Assembly (NCBI GenBank): GCA_963836205.1
Contig: CAWIIV010000023.1
Span: 1 to 64,000 of the forward strand
Source of the DNA: an uncultured Acidimicrobiia bacterium
Lineage (GTDB): Bacteria; Actinomycetota; Acidimicrobiia; Acidimicrobiales; AC-14
DNA: 64,000 bases
Direction: 5' to 3'
Below are positions 51,553 to 62,078 of the stretch, piece after piece. Positions within the stretch are counted from its first letter, which is position 1; each line of letters begins with the position of its first letter. The position numbers and the translations under genes are program-made. The notes under the pieces were generated by a model. It had not been told where the DNA came from and did no database searches. It saw only the letters and a program-made list of their open reading frames with translations.

Positions 51553-53273
51553 CGTCGGTCTGGGCTCCCCGGGCGGAGCGGGTCGACCTCGTCGTCGACG
51601 GCCGGCTGTTCTCGATGGAAGGTCCCGACGAGCGAGGTTGGTTCCGGTCGGCAGTCGAGGTGGCGGGCGGCCAGTCCTACGGCTTCTCCCTCGACGGGGG
51701 GACGACCCGTCCCGATCCCCGGTCGCGGTGGCAGCCGGACGGGGTCGACGGGCTGTCCCGGGCCGTCGACGACGGGGCCTTCGAGTGGACCGACGGGGCG
51801 TGGGCCGGCCGCCGGCTGGACGGCTCGGCCGTGATCTACGAGCTCCACGTGGGCACCTTCTCGCCCGAAGGGACGTTCGCGGGGGCGATAGGTCGGCTCG
51901 ACCACCTGGTCGAGCTCGGGGTCGACGTGGTGGAGCTACTCCCGGTGAACCAGTTCCCGGGCCGGTGGGGATGGGGCTACGACGGCGTCGACCTGTTCGC
52001 CCCCCACGCCGCCTACGGAGGCCCCGACGGACTCAAGGCGTTCGTCGACGCGGCCCACGCCCGGAACCTGGCGGTGGTGATCGACGTGGTCTACAACCAC
52101 CTCGGCCCGGCCGGGAACTACCTGCGTGAGTTCGGCCCCTACTTCACCGACCGCTACCACACGCCGTGGGGCGAGGCGGTGAACTTCGACGGGGCCGGGA
52201 GCGACGAGGTGCGGGCGTTCGTGGTCGACAACGCCCTCATGTGGCTGCGGGACTACCACGCCGACGGCCTCCGGCTCGACGCGGTGCACGCCATACTCGA
52301 CACGTCCGCCACCCACATCCTGGAGGAGCTCGGGGTGCACGTGGAGGCCCTGGTCGTGGAGGTGGGCCGTCCCCTCACCCTGGTAGCCGAGAGCGACCTC
52401 AACGACCCCAAGGTGGTGCGGCGGCGGGATCTCGGAGGCTACGAGCTCGACGCCCAGTGGAGCGACGACTTCCACCATGCCCTCCATGCCGTCGTCACCG
52501 GCGAGCGCACCGGCTACTACGCCGACTTCGGGACGCTGGCGCAGCTGGCGACGGCCCTGCGGTGGGCTTTCGTGTACTCCGGCGGCTACTCGCCCTTCCG
52601 CCAGCGTCGCCACGGCCGGCCGATCGCGGGGCTGCCGGCGACGAAGTTCCTCGCCTACCTGCAAAACCACGATCAGGTCGGCAACCGGGCCACCGGCGAG
52701 CGCTCGTCGATGCTGGTCGGGCCGAAACTGCTCAAGGTGGCCGCCGCCCTGGTCCTGCTGGGTCCGTCGGTGCCGATGCTGTTCGCCGGGGAGGAGTGGG
52801 CCGCCTCCACGCCGTTCCTCTATTTCACCGACCACGAGGACGAGAAGCTGGGCCGGCTGGTGAGTGAGGGCCGGCGGCGGGAGTTCGCTTCGTTCGGGTG
52901 GGCGCCGGAAGACGTCCCCGACCCCCAGTCGCCGAAGACGTTCGAGCACTCCAAGCTCGACTGGGACGAGGTCGGCCAGGGCGTCCACAAGGAGCTGTTG
53001 GACTGGCACCGCCGGCTTATCGCGCTGCGCCGGTCCGAGCCCGCCCTGTCGTCAGGGACCTTCGCCGACGTGCGCGTCCGCTTCGACGACGATGACCGCT
53101 GGCTGGTCCTCAACCGGGGCGACCTCTCGATCGCGGCCAACTTCTCGTCCGAACCCCGCCGTGTCCCGGGTCTTGCGGGCGAGGTCGTCCTGACGTCCGA
53201 CGACTCAGTAGCGGTCGACGTCCTGCCCCCCGAGAGCGTCGCCGTCCTCCGCCGCCCCTCCCCGAACCGGTGA
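51549..53273 (+). CDS. treZ: Malto-oligosyltrehalose trehalohydrolase
   Basis: WGYDGV, DVVYNHLGP, GLRLDAVHA, QNHDQVGNR. Confidence 0.95.
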   Translation: MTSVWAPRAERVDLVVDGRLFSMEGPDERGWFRSAVEVAGGQSYGFSLDGGTTRPDPRSRWQPDGVDGLSRAVDDGAFEWTDGAWAGRRLDGSAVIYELHVGTFSPEGTFAGAIGRLDHLVELGVDVVELLPVNQFPGRWGWGYDGVDLFAPHAAYGGPDGLKAFVDAAHARNLAVVIDVVYNHLGPAGNYLREFGPYFTDRYHTPWGEAVNFDGAGSDEVRAFVVDNALMWLRDYHADGLRLDAVHAILDTSATHILEELGVHVEALVVEVGRPLTLVAESDLNDPKVVRRRDLGGYELDAQWSDDFHHALHAVVTGERTGYYADFGTLAQLATALRWAFVYSGGYSPFRQRRHGRPIAGLPATKFLAYLQNHDQVGNRATGERSSMLVGPKLLKVAAALVLLGPSVPMLFAGEEWAASTPFLYFTDHEDEKLGRLVSEGRRREFASFGWAPEDVPDPQSPKTFEHSKLDWDEVGQGVHKELLDWHRRLIALRRSEPALSSGTFADVRVRFDDDDRWLVLNRGDLSIAANFSSEPRRVPGLAGEVVLTSDDSVAVDVLPPESVAVLRRPSPNR

Positions 53274-53440
53274 CGTATTCGGGCCTCCTGCGACCTTGAG
53301 TGTCACCGTTTCGAGAGCGCCCACCGAACTGGTGACGATTTTGGGGTCCCTGGCCCCGCCGAACGTCACCGGTTCGAGGGCCGACGCCGACCGAATGACG
53401 TTCCGGGGGTTCCCGGCCACACAGGATGTCAACCGGAGAG
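53262..53440. repeat. Three tandem REP-like palindromes (period ~62-63 bp)
   Basis: Units at 53262-53314, 53324-53377 and 53387-53440 (degenerate); CCGAACYGGTGACG...YGTCACCRKTTCG. Confidence 0.75.
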
Positions 53441-54634
53441 GTCGCGCTCCAGGGGGGTGCGGAACCTTGGCGTCACTCGGACGGGGCCGATGGCGGACTG
53501 GAGGCGGGCGGCCTCGGCTTCGGCCAGCCCGGCGGCCTCCGCGCCCACGTCCTCCAGAAGGCGGACGACGACCTCGCCGGTCTTGCGTTGGGCCCATCCG
53601 CCGACGACCCGTCCGCCCCACCAGACAGTGGGGCCGGCGTTGCCGGACCGATCGAACAACGCCGGACCGTGCTCGCCCAGGTACCACGAGCGTTCCTTCC
53701 AGCCCATGACCGTCGGATCCAACGCCGGCAGGAGCGCCACCGACGGCGCGGGCGGCGGGTCCACGACCTCGACGTCGTCGGCCAGGACCAACCCGGGCCT
53801 GGCCCCGCAGACGTCGACCTCCACCGTGGGCAGCTCGGCCACCGCCCGCCGCACCTCGCCCATGGTCAGTCCCGTCCACCAGGCGAGGTCGGCAACCGTC
53901 CCCGGGCCGAACGCGGCCAGCCATTTCCACACCAGCTCCACCTGGGCCACGCCCGCCGGCAACAGCGTCAACCCCCGGTCCAGCCCCCCGGCCAGCCACG
54001 ACGCGGTCGGCGACCACCGGTACTGGGAGCTGATCCACGATCCCCGGGGCCGGCCCCGGACGATCCGTCCCGATGCGGCCAGCACGAACAGCACCCGGGT
54101 GGACGACCCCTGCACCGCCTCCCACTTGGATCCGACGCCCAGGTGGAGCCGCTCCCGCAACCCGGCGACGACCGGCGACAGCTCGGCCGCGGTCGCCTCG
54201 CCCCCCGCCGCGGCCAACGCCTCCATGGTCGCCGACTCCACGTCCGCCAGCCAGGCGTGGCCCTCGTCCTCCCCGACCACCCCCGCCTCGGCCAGGTACT
54301 GCACCAGCCGGTTGCGCTCCCGCACCTCGATCGCCCGGGTGCACGCGCCATGGACCACAGCCACCAGCTCCACCGGCACCACCCACATCGTCCGCCGCAT
54401 CCCCAGCATCCGCAGCAGGCTCCGGACCTCGTACAGCTCCCGCTCGACTGCGGCCACGTCGACCGCACCCGACGTCCGGGCCAGCACCGACAGGAACACC
54501 GACGCCGGGTCGGTCGAATGCAACGCCACCAGGTCGCGGACGATCTCCACCACGTCGTCGGACCGGGCCTCGACGGCCAGATGATGCCGGCGGGCCAGCC
54601 GAGCCCGGCGCTCCTCGATTCCGATGGTCCTCAC
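53429..54634 (-). CDS. Winged-helix AlkZ-like DNA glycosylase (HTH_42)
   Basis: LHSTDP, GMRRTM, FGPGTVADLAWWTGL, LLPALDPTVMGWKER. Confidence 0.85.
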   Translation of the reverse strand: MRTIGIEERRARLARRHHLAVEARSDDVVEIVRDLVALHSTDPASVFLSVLARTSGAVDVAAVERELYEVRSLLRMLGMRRTMWVVPVELVAVVHGACTRAIEVRERNRLVQYLAEAGVVGEDEGHAWLADVESATMEALAAAGGEATAAELSPVVAGLRERLHLGVGSKWEAVQGSSTRVLFVLAASGRIVRGRPRGSWISSQYRWSPTASWLAGGLDRGLTLLPAGVAQVELVWKWLAAFGPGTVADLAWWTGLTMGEVRRAVAELPTVEVDVCGARPGLVLADDVEVVDPPPAPSVALLPALDPTVMGWKERSWYLGEHGPALFDRSGNAGPTVWWGGRVVGGWAQRKTGEVVVRLLEDVGAEAAGLAEAEAARLQSAIGPVRVTPRFRTPLERDLSG

Positions 54635-54653
54635 CGGCCTCTAGCTTGGCCCG

Positions 54654-56630
54654 GTGGTCAGGAGCTTGTGGAACGACGACGACGCCGAGCAGTGGACGGG
54701 CGACCTGGGTCAGCGGGTGTACACGTCCCGGCTGCTCGGACGCGACCCCGACCTGGTGCTCCACGGGGGCGGGAACACGTCGGTCAAGTCCCGGCGCACC
54801 ACCGTCTTCGGCGAGGAGGTCGACGTCCTCCTGGTGAAGGGCAGCGGCGCCGACCTGGCCGACATCGACGAGTCCGGCTTCGCCTGCCTCCGCCTCCACG
54901 ACGTGGCCCGCCTGGCCCAGCTCGACGCCCTCTCCGACACCGATATGGCCGAGCAGCTGCTGGTGGCGTCGCTCACCGCCGATGGGCCGGCCCCGTCGGT
55001 GGAGGCGATCCTCCACGCCATCCTCCCGTACCGGTTCGTCGACCACACCCACGCCGACGCGGTGGTCACCTTGACCAACTCGGCCGCCGCGGCCGACGTC
55101 CTGGCCGAGGCCTACGGCGACAGCGTGGTCGTCGTCCCCTACGTGATGCCCGGGTTCCTGCTCGCCAAGGAGTGCGCCCGCATCCTGCCCGAGGCGCTCG
55201 CCCGGCCGGGCATACGAGGGGTCGTCCTCATGAACCACGGCATCTTCACGTGGGGCGAGTCGGCCCGGGACTCCTACGAGACCATGATCGACCTCGTCGG
55301 CCGGGCCGACGAGCTGGTCGACCGCCACCGCATCCCGCCGCCCGCTCCGGAACCCGCAGCCGGCCTGCGGGTGGCCCGGGCCGAGCTCCGGCGCCGGGTG
55401 TCCGACGCCGCGGGGGCGCCGTTCGTGATGTCGTCCCACACCGACGGGCCGAGCATGGCCTTCATCGGTCGAGCCGACCTGGACGACGTCTCCCAACGCG
55501 GCCCCGTCACCCCCGATCACGTCATCCGCACCAAGCCGACGCCGATGGTCGGCCGCGACGTCGACGGCTTCGTGGCCGCCTACCGCCGCTACTTCGACGA
55601 CCACCGCAGCCGGGCTCCCCACCCGCTGCGAGCCCTCGACCCCGCCCCCCGCGTGATCCTCGACCCTGAAATCGGCCTGTGTTGCGCCGGCCGCACGCCC
55701 CGCGACGCAGCGATCGTGGAGGACGTCTACCGCCACACGATCAGGGTGATCGTCGACGCCATCGCCCTCGGCGGCTACCGGCCGGTCACCGTCGCCGACC
55801 TGTTCGACGTCGAGTACTGGGACCTCGAGCAGGCAAAGCTCCGCCGCCGACCGCCGCCCGCGCCCTTCGCGGGCGAGATCGTCCTTATCACAGGGGCCGC
55901 CAGTGGCATCGGCCACGCCACCGCGGCCGCCTTCCTGGCCGAGGGGGCGGCGGTCGTCGGGATCGACGCCAACCCCGGGATTCTGTCCACCTTCCCCGAT
56001 ACCGACCCCCAGGCGTGGCTCGGCATCGAGGCCGACGTGACCGCCGAGGACGAGGTCGACGCCGCCGTCGAACAGGCCGTCACCCGCTTCGGCGGCCTCG
56101 ACGTGCTCGTCCTCAACGCGGGCGTGTTCCCGCCGAGCGCGGCCATCGCCGACGTCGACCCCGAGGTGTGGCGGCGGACGATGGCCGTCAACGTCGACGC
56201 CAACGCTTCCCTCCTCCGCCTGGCCCATCCCCTTCTCCGGCTGGCGCCGAGGGGCGGGCGGGTGGTCGTGGTGGGGTCGAAGAACGTGCCCGCGCCCGGA
56301 CCGGGAGCGGCCGGCTACTCGGCGTCGAAGGCGGCGCTCACCCAGTTGGCCCGGGTGGCCGCCCTCGAATGGGGGCCGGACGGGATCCGGGTCAACGTCG
56401 TGCACCCCAACGCCGTCTTCGACACCGGCCTGTGGTCGGCCGAGGTGATCGCGGAGCGGGCGACCCGCTACGGGGTGACGGCGGAGGAGTACCGCACGGC
56501 CAACGTCCTGCGCACCGAGGTGACGAGCGCCGACGTCGCCCGCCTGTGCCTCGCCCTCTGCGGACCCGCCTTCGCCCGCACCACCGGCGCCCAGATTCCC
56601 GTCGACGGAGGGAACGAGAGGGTGATCTGA
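54654..56630 (+). CDS. Bifunctional class II aldolase / short-chain dehydrogenase (rhamnulose-1-P aldolase-SDR family)
   Basis: HGGGNTSVK, PSVEAILH, DHTH, EYWDLEQAK, TGAASGIG, YSASK. Confidence 0.9.
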   Translation: MVRSLWNDDDAEQWTGDLGQRVYTSRLLGRDPDLVLHGGGNTSVKSRRTTVFGEEVDVLLVKGSGADLADIDESGFACLRLHDVARLAQLDALSDTDMAEQLLVASLTADGPAPSVEAILHAILPYRFVDHTHADAVVTLTNSAAAADVLAEAYGDSVVVVPYVMPGFLLAKECARILPEALARPGIRGVVLMNHGIFTWGESARDSYETMIDLVGRADELVDRHRIPPPAPEPAAGLRVARAELRRRVSDAAGAPFVMSSHTDGPSMAFIGRADLDDVSQRGPVTPDHVIRTKPTPMVGRDVDGFVAAYRRYFDDHRSRAPHPLRALDPAPRVILDPEIGLCCAGRTPRDAAIVEDVYRHTIRVIVDAIALGGYRPVTVADLFDVEYWDLEQAKLRRRPPPAPFAGEIVLITGAASGIGHATAAAFLAEGAAVVGIDANPGILSTFPDTDPQAWLGIEADVTAEDEVDAAVEQAVTRFGGLDVLVLNAGVFPPSAAIADVDPEVWRRTMAVNVDANASLLRLAHPLLRLAPRGGRVVVVGSKNVPAPGPGAAGYSASKAALTQLARVAALEWGPDGIRVNVVHPNAVFDTGLWSAEVIAERATRYGVTAEEYRTANVLRTEVTSADVARLCLALCGPAFARTTGAQIPVDGGNERVI

Positions 56631-56639
56631 CCGGAGGGG

Positions 56640-56891
56640 CTAGCCCGCCCGCCAGCTGCGGTAGAGGGCGACCAGGTCGGCGCGGGCGGCGGGGGACAGG
56701 CCTTCCGGCTCCACCCGGCCGAGGGCGGCGATCGTCACCCGCATCTCCCGCAGGTACTCGGTGCAGTGGGGGCAGCCGGCCAGGTGGGCCTCGAAGCGGG
56801 CCCGCTCGTCGGGAGTGAGGGCGCCCTCCAGGTAGTCGGTGACCAGCTCGACCGCCTGGCGGCACATGATGGCGTCTCGTCGCGAGCGCAT
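56640..56891 (-). CDS. zf-HC2 anti-sigma factor
   Basis: C...HLAGCPHC. Confidence 0.88.
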   Translation of the reverse strand: MRSRRDAIMCRQAVELVTDYLEGALTPDERARFEAHLAGCPHCTEYLREMRVTIAALGRVEPEGLSPAARADLVALYRSWRAG

Positions 56892-56895
56892 CGTC

Positions 56896-57489
56896 TCAGC
56901 CCTTCCCGAGTTCCCGTTCGAGCATGTTGCGCAGTCGGGACCGGCCCCGGTGCAGCAGGACCCGCTGGTTGGCCTCGCTGATCTCCAGCAGGCTGCAGAC
57001 CTCTGTCGCCGGCAGCCCCTCGAAGTCGCGCATGACCACCACCTGCCGTTGACGGTCGGGCAGCAGGTTGAGGTGGCGGGAGACCTTCTGAGCCGTCTGG
57101 CGGGCGACGATGCGGTCCTCGGCGTCGTCGGCCCACGGTGTCGGAGGCGACGACCACCCGCCGCCGGCGTTGAACCGCTCCGGGGGGACGGCCGGCTCGT
57201 CGGCCCGGTCGGTCGGCACCTCCCGCCGCTCCCGGACGCCGGCAGTACGGGCCCGGTTGACGACGATCCGGAACAGCCACGTCTTGAGCGACGAGCGTCC
57301 CTCGAACCGCTCGATTCCCCGGACCACGCCCAGCCACGTGTCCTGCACGACCTCCTCGGCGACGGCCCGGCTGGGAACGAACGTCGACGCCAGGCGGAGG
57401 AGTGGTGCGTGGTAGAGGTCGACGAGCGTGACGAAGGCCTGCTCGTCCCCCGCCCGGAGGCGGGCCACGAGGTCGGAGTCGTCGACCAC
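56896..57489 (-). CDS. ECF sigma factor
   Basis: AEEVVQDTW, FEGRSSLKTWL, NQRVLLHRGR. Confidence 0.92.
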   Translation of the reverse strand: MVDDSDLVARLRAGDEQAFVTLVDLYHAPLLRLASTFVPSRAVAEEVVQDTWLGVVRGIERFEGRSSLKTWLFRIVVNRARTAGVRERREVPTDRADEPAVPPERFNAGGGWSSPPTPWADDAEDRIVARQTAQKVSRHLNLLPDRQRQVVVMRDFEGLPATEVCSLLEISEANQRVLLHRGRSRLRNMLERELGKG

Positions 57490-57547
57490 CGGCCGCAGGC
57501 TAGGGCATGCCGTCCCATCCGCCAGGCGACCGTCGTACGATGGCGGC

Positions 57548-57915
57548 GTGAGCGTGACGGTCGGGCCGGCCGAGCTGCGGACGGAGGTCGAGCGCTACGG
57601 GCCGGTCGCCTACCTGGTCACCGTGTCGCCGGAGACGGGACGTCCCCATGTGGTGTCCGTCTCTGTGGGCTGGAAGGGCGGTTTCCTCGTGTGCGGGGCT
57701 GGGAGCCGGACGGCCGCCAACGTGGGCGCGGGCGCCGACGTCACCCTCCTGTGGTCGCCTCCGGCGGAGGTTGGGTACAGCCTCATCGTCGACGGCCCGG
57801 CGTCGCTGGCCGGGTCGACGCTGTCGGTCCACCCCGCAGGGGCCGTGCTGCACCGCCTGGCGGGGGCGGTCGACGAGGGGCCGGGCTGCATCCCGGTCAC
57901 GACCGGACTAACCGT
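57548..57915 (+). CDS. Pyridoxamine 5'-phosphate oxidase-like protein (3' end uncertain)
   Basis: YLVTV...RPHVV, VTLLWSP, YSLIVDG, AVLHR; TACGAT 6 nt before GTG. Confidence 0.65.
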
Positions 57916-57931
57916 TGTCGAGGAGGTCGCG

Positions 57932-58381
57932 GTGAACGACGACGAGCACCCCAACGCAGCGATGGTGCGCCGGTTCCTCAACGCCTGGTTCGACGGTGAC
58001 TTCGACACGTGGACTGCGCTGGCGGCCGACGACATCGTCATCCACATGCGGGGCAAGCCCGCTCTCGACGGGAGCTACCAGGGCCGGGAAGGGGTGATGC
58101 GGTTCTTCGAGAACTTCGCCGCCACCGACGTCGACAGCTTCGAGATGGAGGTGGAGGACGTCGTCGCCGACGACCGCCACGCGATGGCGATCATGCGCTC
58201 CGTGTACCACCGGGGCGATGAGCAGCTCGAGCTGCGCAATGCGTGCGCGTACAAGATCGACGCCGACGGCCACATCGCCGAGGCGTGGAACGTGTCCGAC
58301 TCGCAGGTCGCGGAGCACGACTTCTTCCACCAGATGGACGCCGACACGGGCGGGCTCGGCGTGGGGCTCGGGCCACCGTGA
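57932..58381 (+). CDS. SnoaL/NTF2-like protein
   Basis: GAGGAGG RBS; HPNA..VRRF, GSYQGRE. Confidence 0.8.
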   Translation: MNDDEHPNAAMVRRFLNAWFDGDFDTWTALAADDIVIHMRGKPALDGSYQGREGVMRFFENFAATDVDSFEMEVEDVVADDRHAMAIMRSVYHRGDEQLELRNACAYKIDADGHIAEAWNVSDSQVAEHDFFHQMDADTGGLGVGLGPP

Positions 58382-58776
58382 TCGAGCACGGAGGAGTGGC
58401 GAAGGCCCGAACGTTCCTCGACGCGTTCGCCCGGGGGGATGCCTTGGCGATGGGCGACTTCTTCACCGACGACCTGCCCTGGCACGTGGCCGGGTCGCAT
58501 CCGATGAGCGGGGACCATCGGGGCAAGGAGGCGCTGCTCGAGTACTTCGGCGAGCTCCGGGCTCGGACGGGGGAGACGTACGCGCTGTCGGCGGGGTCGG
58601 TGCTGGCCACCGACTACCACACCGCCCTGTTCACCCGGGCGACGGCCGCGCGCGAGGGTGGCCGGAATCTGGACGTGCTGTTGGCCCATGCGTTCACCGT
58701 CCGTTCCGACGGGATGTGGCGCGAGTACTGGGTGTGCGCCGACGACCAAGACGCGGAAAACGAGTTCTGGTCGTGA
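58378..58776 (+). CDS. SnoaL/NTF2-like protein
   Basis: WHVAGSHPMSGDHRG...EFWS. Confidence 0.8.
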   Translation: MIEHGGVAKARTFLDAFARGDALAMGDFFTDDLPWHVAGSHPMSGDHRGKEALLEYFGELRARTGETYALSAGSVLATDYHTALFTRATAAREGGRNLDVLLAHAFTVRSDGMWREYWVCADDQDAENEFWS

Positions 58777-58938
58777 CGGCGGGGATGCGCCGGTCGTAGG
58801 CTTTGGCTGGGTTCTCGGGCATGTCCGACCGAAGAGCCGGCGTATGAGGGTGTGAGCCGGTCGCGCAGGTGGCTTGATGCCGTGAGTCGTTCCCTCTTTG
58901 ACAGCCCGAGGGCCCACTCTTTCAACGCCGCAGAATCC

Positions 58939-58983
58939 GGCCTGGCCTGGCCTGGCCTGGCCTGGCTGGCCGGGCCGGGCCGA
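58939..58983. repeat. GGCCT/GGCCG pentamer microsatellite
   Basis: (ggcct)5 followed by degenerate units. Confidence 0.8.
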
Positions 58984-59125
58984 GGTCGAACAGGCGGCTC
59001 AGGTTGTTCGCTGCCACCCGCAGTGACCCCCGGGCGAAGGACCCCTCCACCAACGGTCGCGGTTGGGCGGCTTGGGAAACGGGCTCCGTCCACGTCAGCC
59101 ATCACATGTTTTTTGTCGAATTGGC

Positions 59126-59154
59126 TTGACAACCGAACATGTGTTCGATAGCAT
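59126..59154 (+). promoter_or_regulatory. SigA promoter with a LexA SOS box in the spacer
   Basis: TTGACA-17 nt-TAGCAT; CGAACATGTGTTCG at 59134-59147; ATG 6 nt downstream of the -10. Confidence 0.88.
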
Positions 59155-59160
59155 GAGGGT

Positions 59161-60331
59161 ATGTCGGAAGGGTCGACGGGGGGCAGGCTGGCAGAGGTTG
59201 TGACGATGCTGCGCGAGATGGTGTCGGGCTTCGAGCCGCGGATCGCTCGACGGGCCGGCGGCGGTGGAGGCGTTGGGGCTGTTCGGCGAGGTCGAGCGGC
59301 TGGGGGCGGCGGGGGTGGCGCTGGCCGGGGGACGGGTGGAGGCGACCCGGGCCTGGCAGGGCTCGGGGACTCGTTCGGCGGCGCATTTCGTGGCGTTGCG
59401 CTGTGGTTCGTCGCTGCGCTCGGCGGTGGTGGCGTTGGAGACGGCCCGGCGGCTGGAGTCGCTGCCGGCGACGGAGGAGGCGCTTCGCTCGGGAAGGCTG
59501 TCGCTGGCCCAGGCGAAGGAGGTCGCCTCGGTGGCCGGGGAACGGCCCGAGCGTGAGGCCGAGCTGGTGGCGGCGGCCGGTTCCGAGACCCTGCCCGCGC
59601 TGCAGGAGCGGTGCCGGGCGGTGCGGGCCGAGGGAGCGGCCGCCTCCGAGGGCTACCGACGAGTCCACCAGCACCGCTACCTGCGGCACTGGAGCGACGA
59701 GGAGGGGGCGTTTCGCCTGGAGGCCCGGCTCTGTCCCGACACCGGGGCCAGGCTGCTGGCCGCGCTGGAGGTCCACCAGCGGCGGATCTTCGCCACCGCC
59801 CGGGGCGAGGGGCGCCGTGAGCCCTACCAGGCCTACGCGGCCGACGCCCTGGTGGCGCTGGCCTGCGGTGGAGGCGGAGGAAGGGGACCGGTACCGGTGG
59901 TGCACGTCCGCGTCGACCACGCGGCGCTGGTCCGGGGCCACGTGGAGGAGGGTGAGGTGTGCGACATCCCGGGGCTGGGCCCCATTCCGGTGGCCACCGC
60001 CCGGGCCCTGGCCACCGACGGCGTGTTGAAGGTGCTGGTGACCAGGGGCGTCGACGTGGTGGCGGTGGCCCACGGGGGACGGACCGTCCCCGCCCACGTG
60101 CGCTCGGCCCTGGAGACGAGAGATCCCAAGTGCGTGGTCCCCGGCTGCGACGTACGCCAGCGCCTGGAGATCGACCACCTCGTCTCCTTCGCCGAGGGCG
60201 GTCCCACCACGCTGGAGAACCTGGCCCGGCTCTGCCACCGCCACCACGCCCTCAAGACCCATCAGGGCTGGGTCCTGGCCGGCCGCCCGGGAGCATGGAC
60301 ATGGGACCCACCACCGGAGATACCACCGTGA
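59161..60331 (+). CDS. DUF222/HNH endonuclease (13E12-repeat-like), frameshift near 59245
   Basis: ADALVAL, RDPKCVVPGC, EIDH, NLARLCHRHHALKT. Confidence 0.85.
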
Positions 60332-60574
60332 GGCCGGAGCGGGTGGGCGAAGGGCGGCTGGTGGCGGGCTCCGACGCCAGTTCCCACCCGGGCGCGGGTT
60401 CGCGATCGCGGGCCGCGTGCGCCGAGTATGGGCTGAGCCGCCCACCGGGGCCGGACGCCGGTGTTGCCGGGACGGGCGCCGGCCGGGATGGGGTCGTTGG
60501 CCGGACGGTCGCCATGCCGGGACGGGGGTGGTGCCGGGGACGGTCGTATGCTGGGACGGGGGTGGTTCCCGGGG

Positions 60575-60745
60575 CGGGCGCCGTACGGGCGGGCGCCGTG
60601 CGGGGACCCGAGGGCCGTGCGGGGGACGGGCACCGGGACCGGGGCCGTGCGGGGGACCGGGGCCGTGCGGGGCGGCCGACGTGCGGGGCGGGCGCCGTGC
60701 GGGGCGGCCGACGTGCGAGGGCCGGCGACGTGCGGGGACGGGCGG
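60575..60745. repeat. Degenerate GC-rich tandem repeats (GGGCCGTGCGGGG-like)
   Basis: Repeated gccgtgcgggg and cgacgtgcgggg units. Confidence 0.65.
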
Positions 60746-60813
60746 CGCGACCGGCCCGGACGTCAGGACGAGGCTCGCGATCGGATTGCCCGAGAATCGT
60801 CGGGCGGCTGCTC

Positions 60814-61971
60814 CTACGAACGGAGGCCGTGCATGGGGAAGACCAGGCGGCGGACGGCCTCGATCGAGCGGTCGACGGCCTCGTCGTCGGGGCGGCGGGT
60901 GGTCACGGGCGGCTCGGACAGTGTCGACGGCAAGGCGTGGCCGGCGATGCGCTCGGCGGCCTCGAGCCACGCCGGGGGCAACGCGTCGGGCAACTCGCCG
61001 GCGCCGGCCATCTCGGCGAAGTAGATCGTCCATGCCCGGGGGACGACGCTCGCCCATTGGTAGCCGCCGCCTCCCGTGGCCAACCACTTCCCGCCGGCGG
61101 CGCGGTGGGCCAGGTCGTGCAACGCCGAAGCGGTCGCCCGGTACGCGGCCGTCGTCAGGCCCATGTTGGCCAGGGGGTCGGTGTGGTGGCTGTCGCAGCC
61201 GAGTTGGGTGACGAGCACCGACGGGGCGAAGGTCTCCACCAGCGGGGGCACGACCTCGCGAAACGCCCGCAGCCAGGCCCCGTCGCCGGTGAACGGTGGC
61301 AGGGGCACGTTGACGCTCGTTCCCGCCGCATCCCCCTCGCCCACCTCGCCCACGAATCCGGTGCCGGGAAAGAGAGTCCGCCCGTCCTGGTGCAGGGAGA
61401 TGGTCAACACCCGAGGGTCCCGGTAGAAGATCTCCTGCACGCCGTCGCCGTGGTGGACGTCGACATCGACGTAGGCCACCCGGTCAGCCCCCTGCTCCAG
61501 CAGCCAGGCGATGGCGATGGCGGGGTCGTCGTACACGCAGAACCCGCTCGCCCGCGACGGCAGGGCGTGGTGGAGGCCGCCGGCGGGGTTGAAGGCGTGC
61601 TCGGCCCGTCCGCTCCACACCGCCTCGGCCGCGGCCAGCGTCGCCCCCACCACCCGGGCCGACGCCTCGTGCATGCGGGGGAACACGGGATTGTCGCCCG
61701 GCCCGAACCCGAACTCCCACCACGATCCCGGCTCCCCCCGCCCGGCCCGGATGACGGCGTCGAGGTAGCGCTCGGTGTGCACCAGGCCCAACTCGTCGAG
61801 GGTGGCGTCGCGGGCGGGCGTCTCCCGCACCCGCGATCCGTCGACCAGGCCGTAGTCGTGGATCAGCCGGCGGGTGAGCGTGACCCGTTCCGGCCGCAGT
61901 GGGTGCTCGGGACCGTGGTCGTACCGGGTGGCGTCGTCGCCGTACCAGACGAGCTCAACCCGCGCGCTCAC
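60814..61971 (-). CDS. acuC: AcuC/histone deacetylase family protein
   Basis: [43 protein letters not shown]. Confidence 0.9.
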   Translation of the reverse strand: MSARVELVWYGDDATRYDHGPEHPLRPERVTLTRRLIHDYGLVDGSRVRETPARDATLDELGLVHTERYLDAVIRAGRGEPGSWWEFGFGPGDNPVFPRMHEASARVVGATLAAAEAVWSGRAEHAFNPAGGLHHALPSRASGFCVYDDPAIAIAWLLEQGADRVAYVDVDVHHGDGVQEIFYRDPRVLTISLHQDGRTLFPGTGFVGEVGEGDAAGTSVNVPLPPFTGDGAWLRAFREVVPPLVETFAPSVLVTQLGCDSHHTDPLANMGLTTAAYRATASALHDLAHRAAGGKWLATGGGGYQWASVVPRAWTIYFAEMAGAGELPDALPPAWLEAAERIAGHALPSTLSEPPVTTRRPDDEAVDRSIEAVRRLVFPMHGLRS

Positions 61972-62078
61972 GCAGCCACGAGGCTACCGAGGTTTCGGGC
62001 CGGGCCAGGCTGGGCAGAGCCGGTCCGCACACGCACGGGCTGGGGTGCCACGCGCCATCGATCGGACCACGACCCCAC

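Noticed and set aside
53262-53440. CRISPR array
   Set aside because: Units are self-complementary and degenerate, have no unique spacers, and no cas genes are present.
53205-56405. Long antisense ORFs (also 1809-4100, 8548-10788, 41227-43641 and others)
   Set aside because: Shadow frames of real genes in high-GC DNA; Arg/Pro/Gly-rich, with no motifs.
57428-58381. PNPOx-SnoaL fusion
   Set aside because: An internal GAGGAGG + GTG at 57932 and an off-frame TAA near 57910 suggest two genes joined by an indel.
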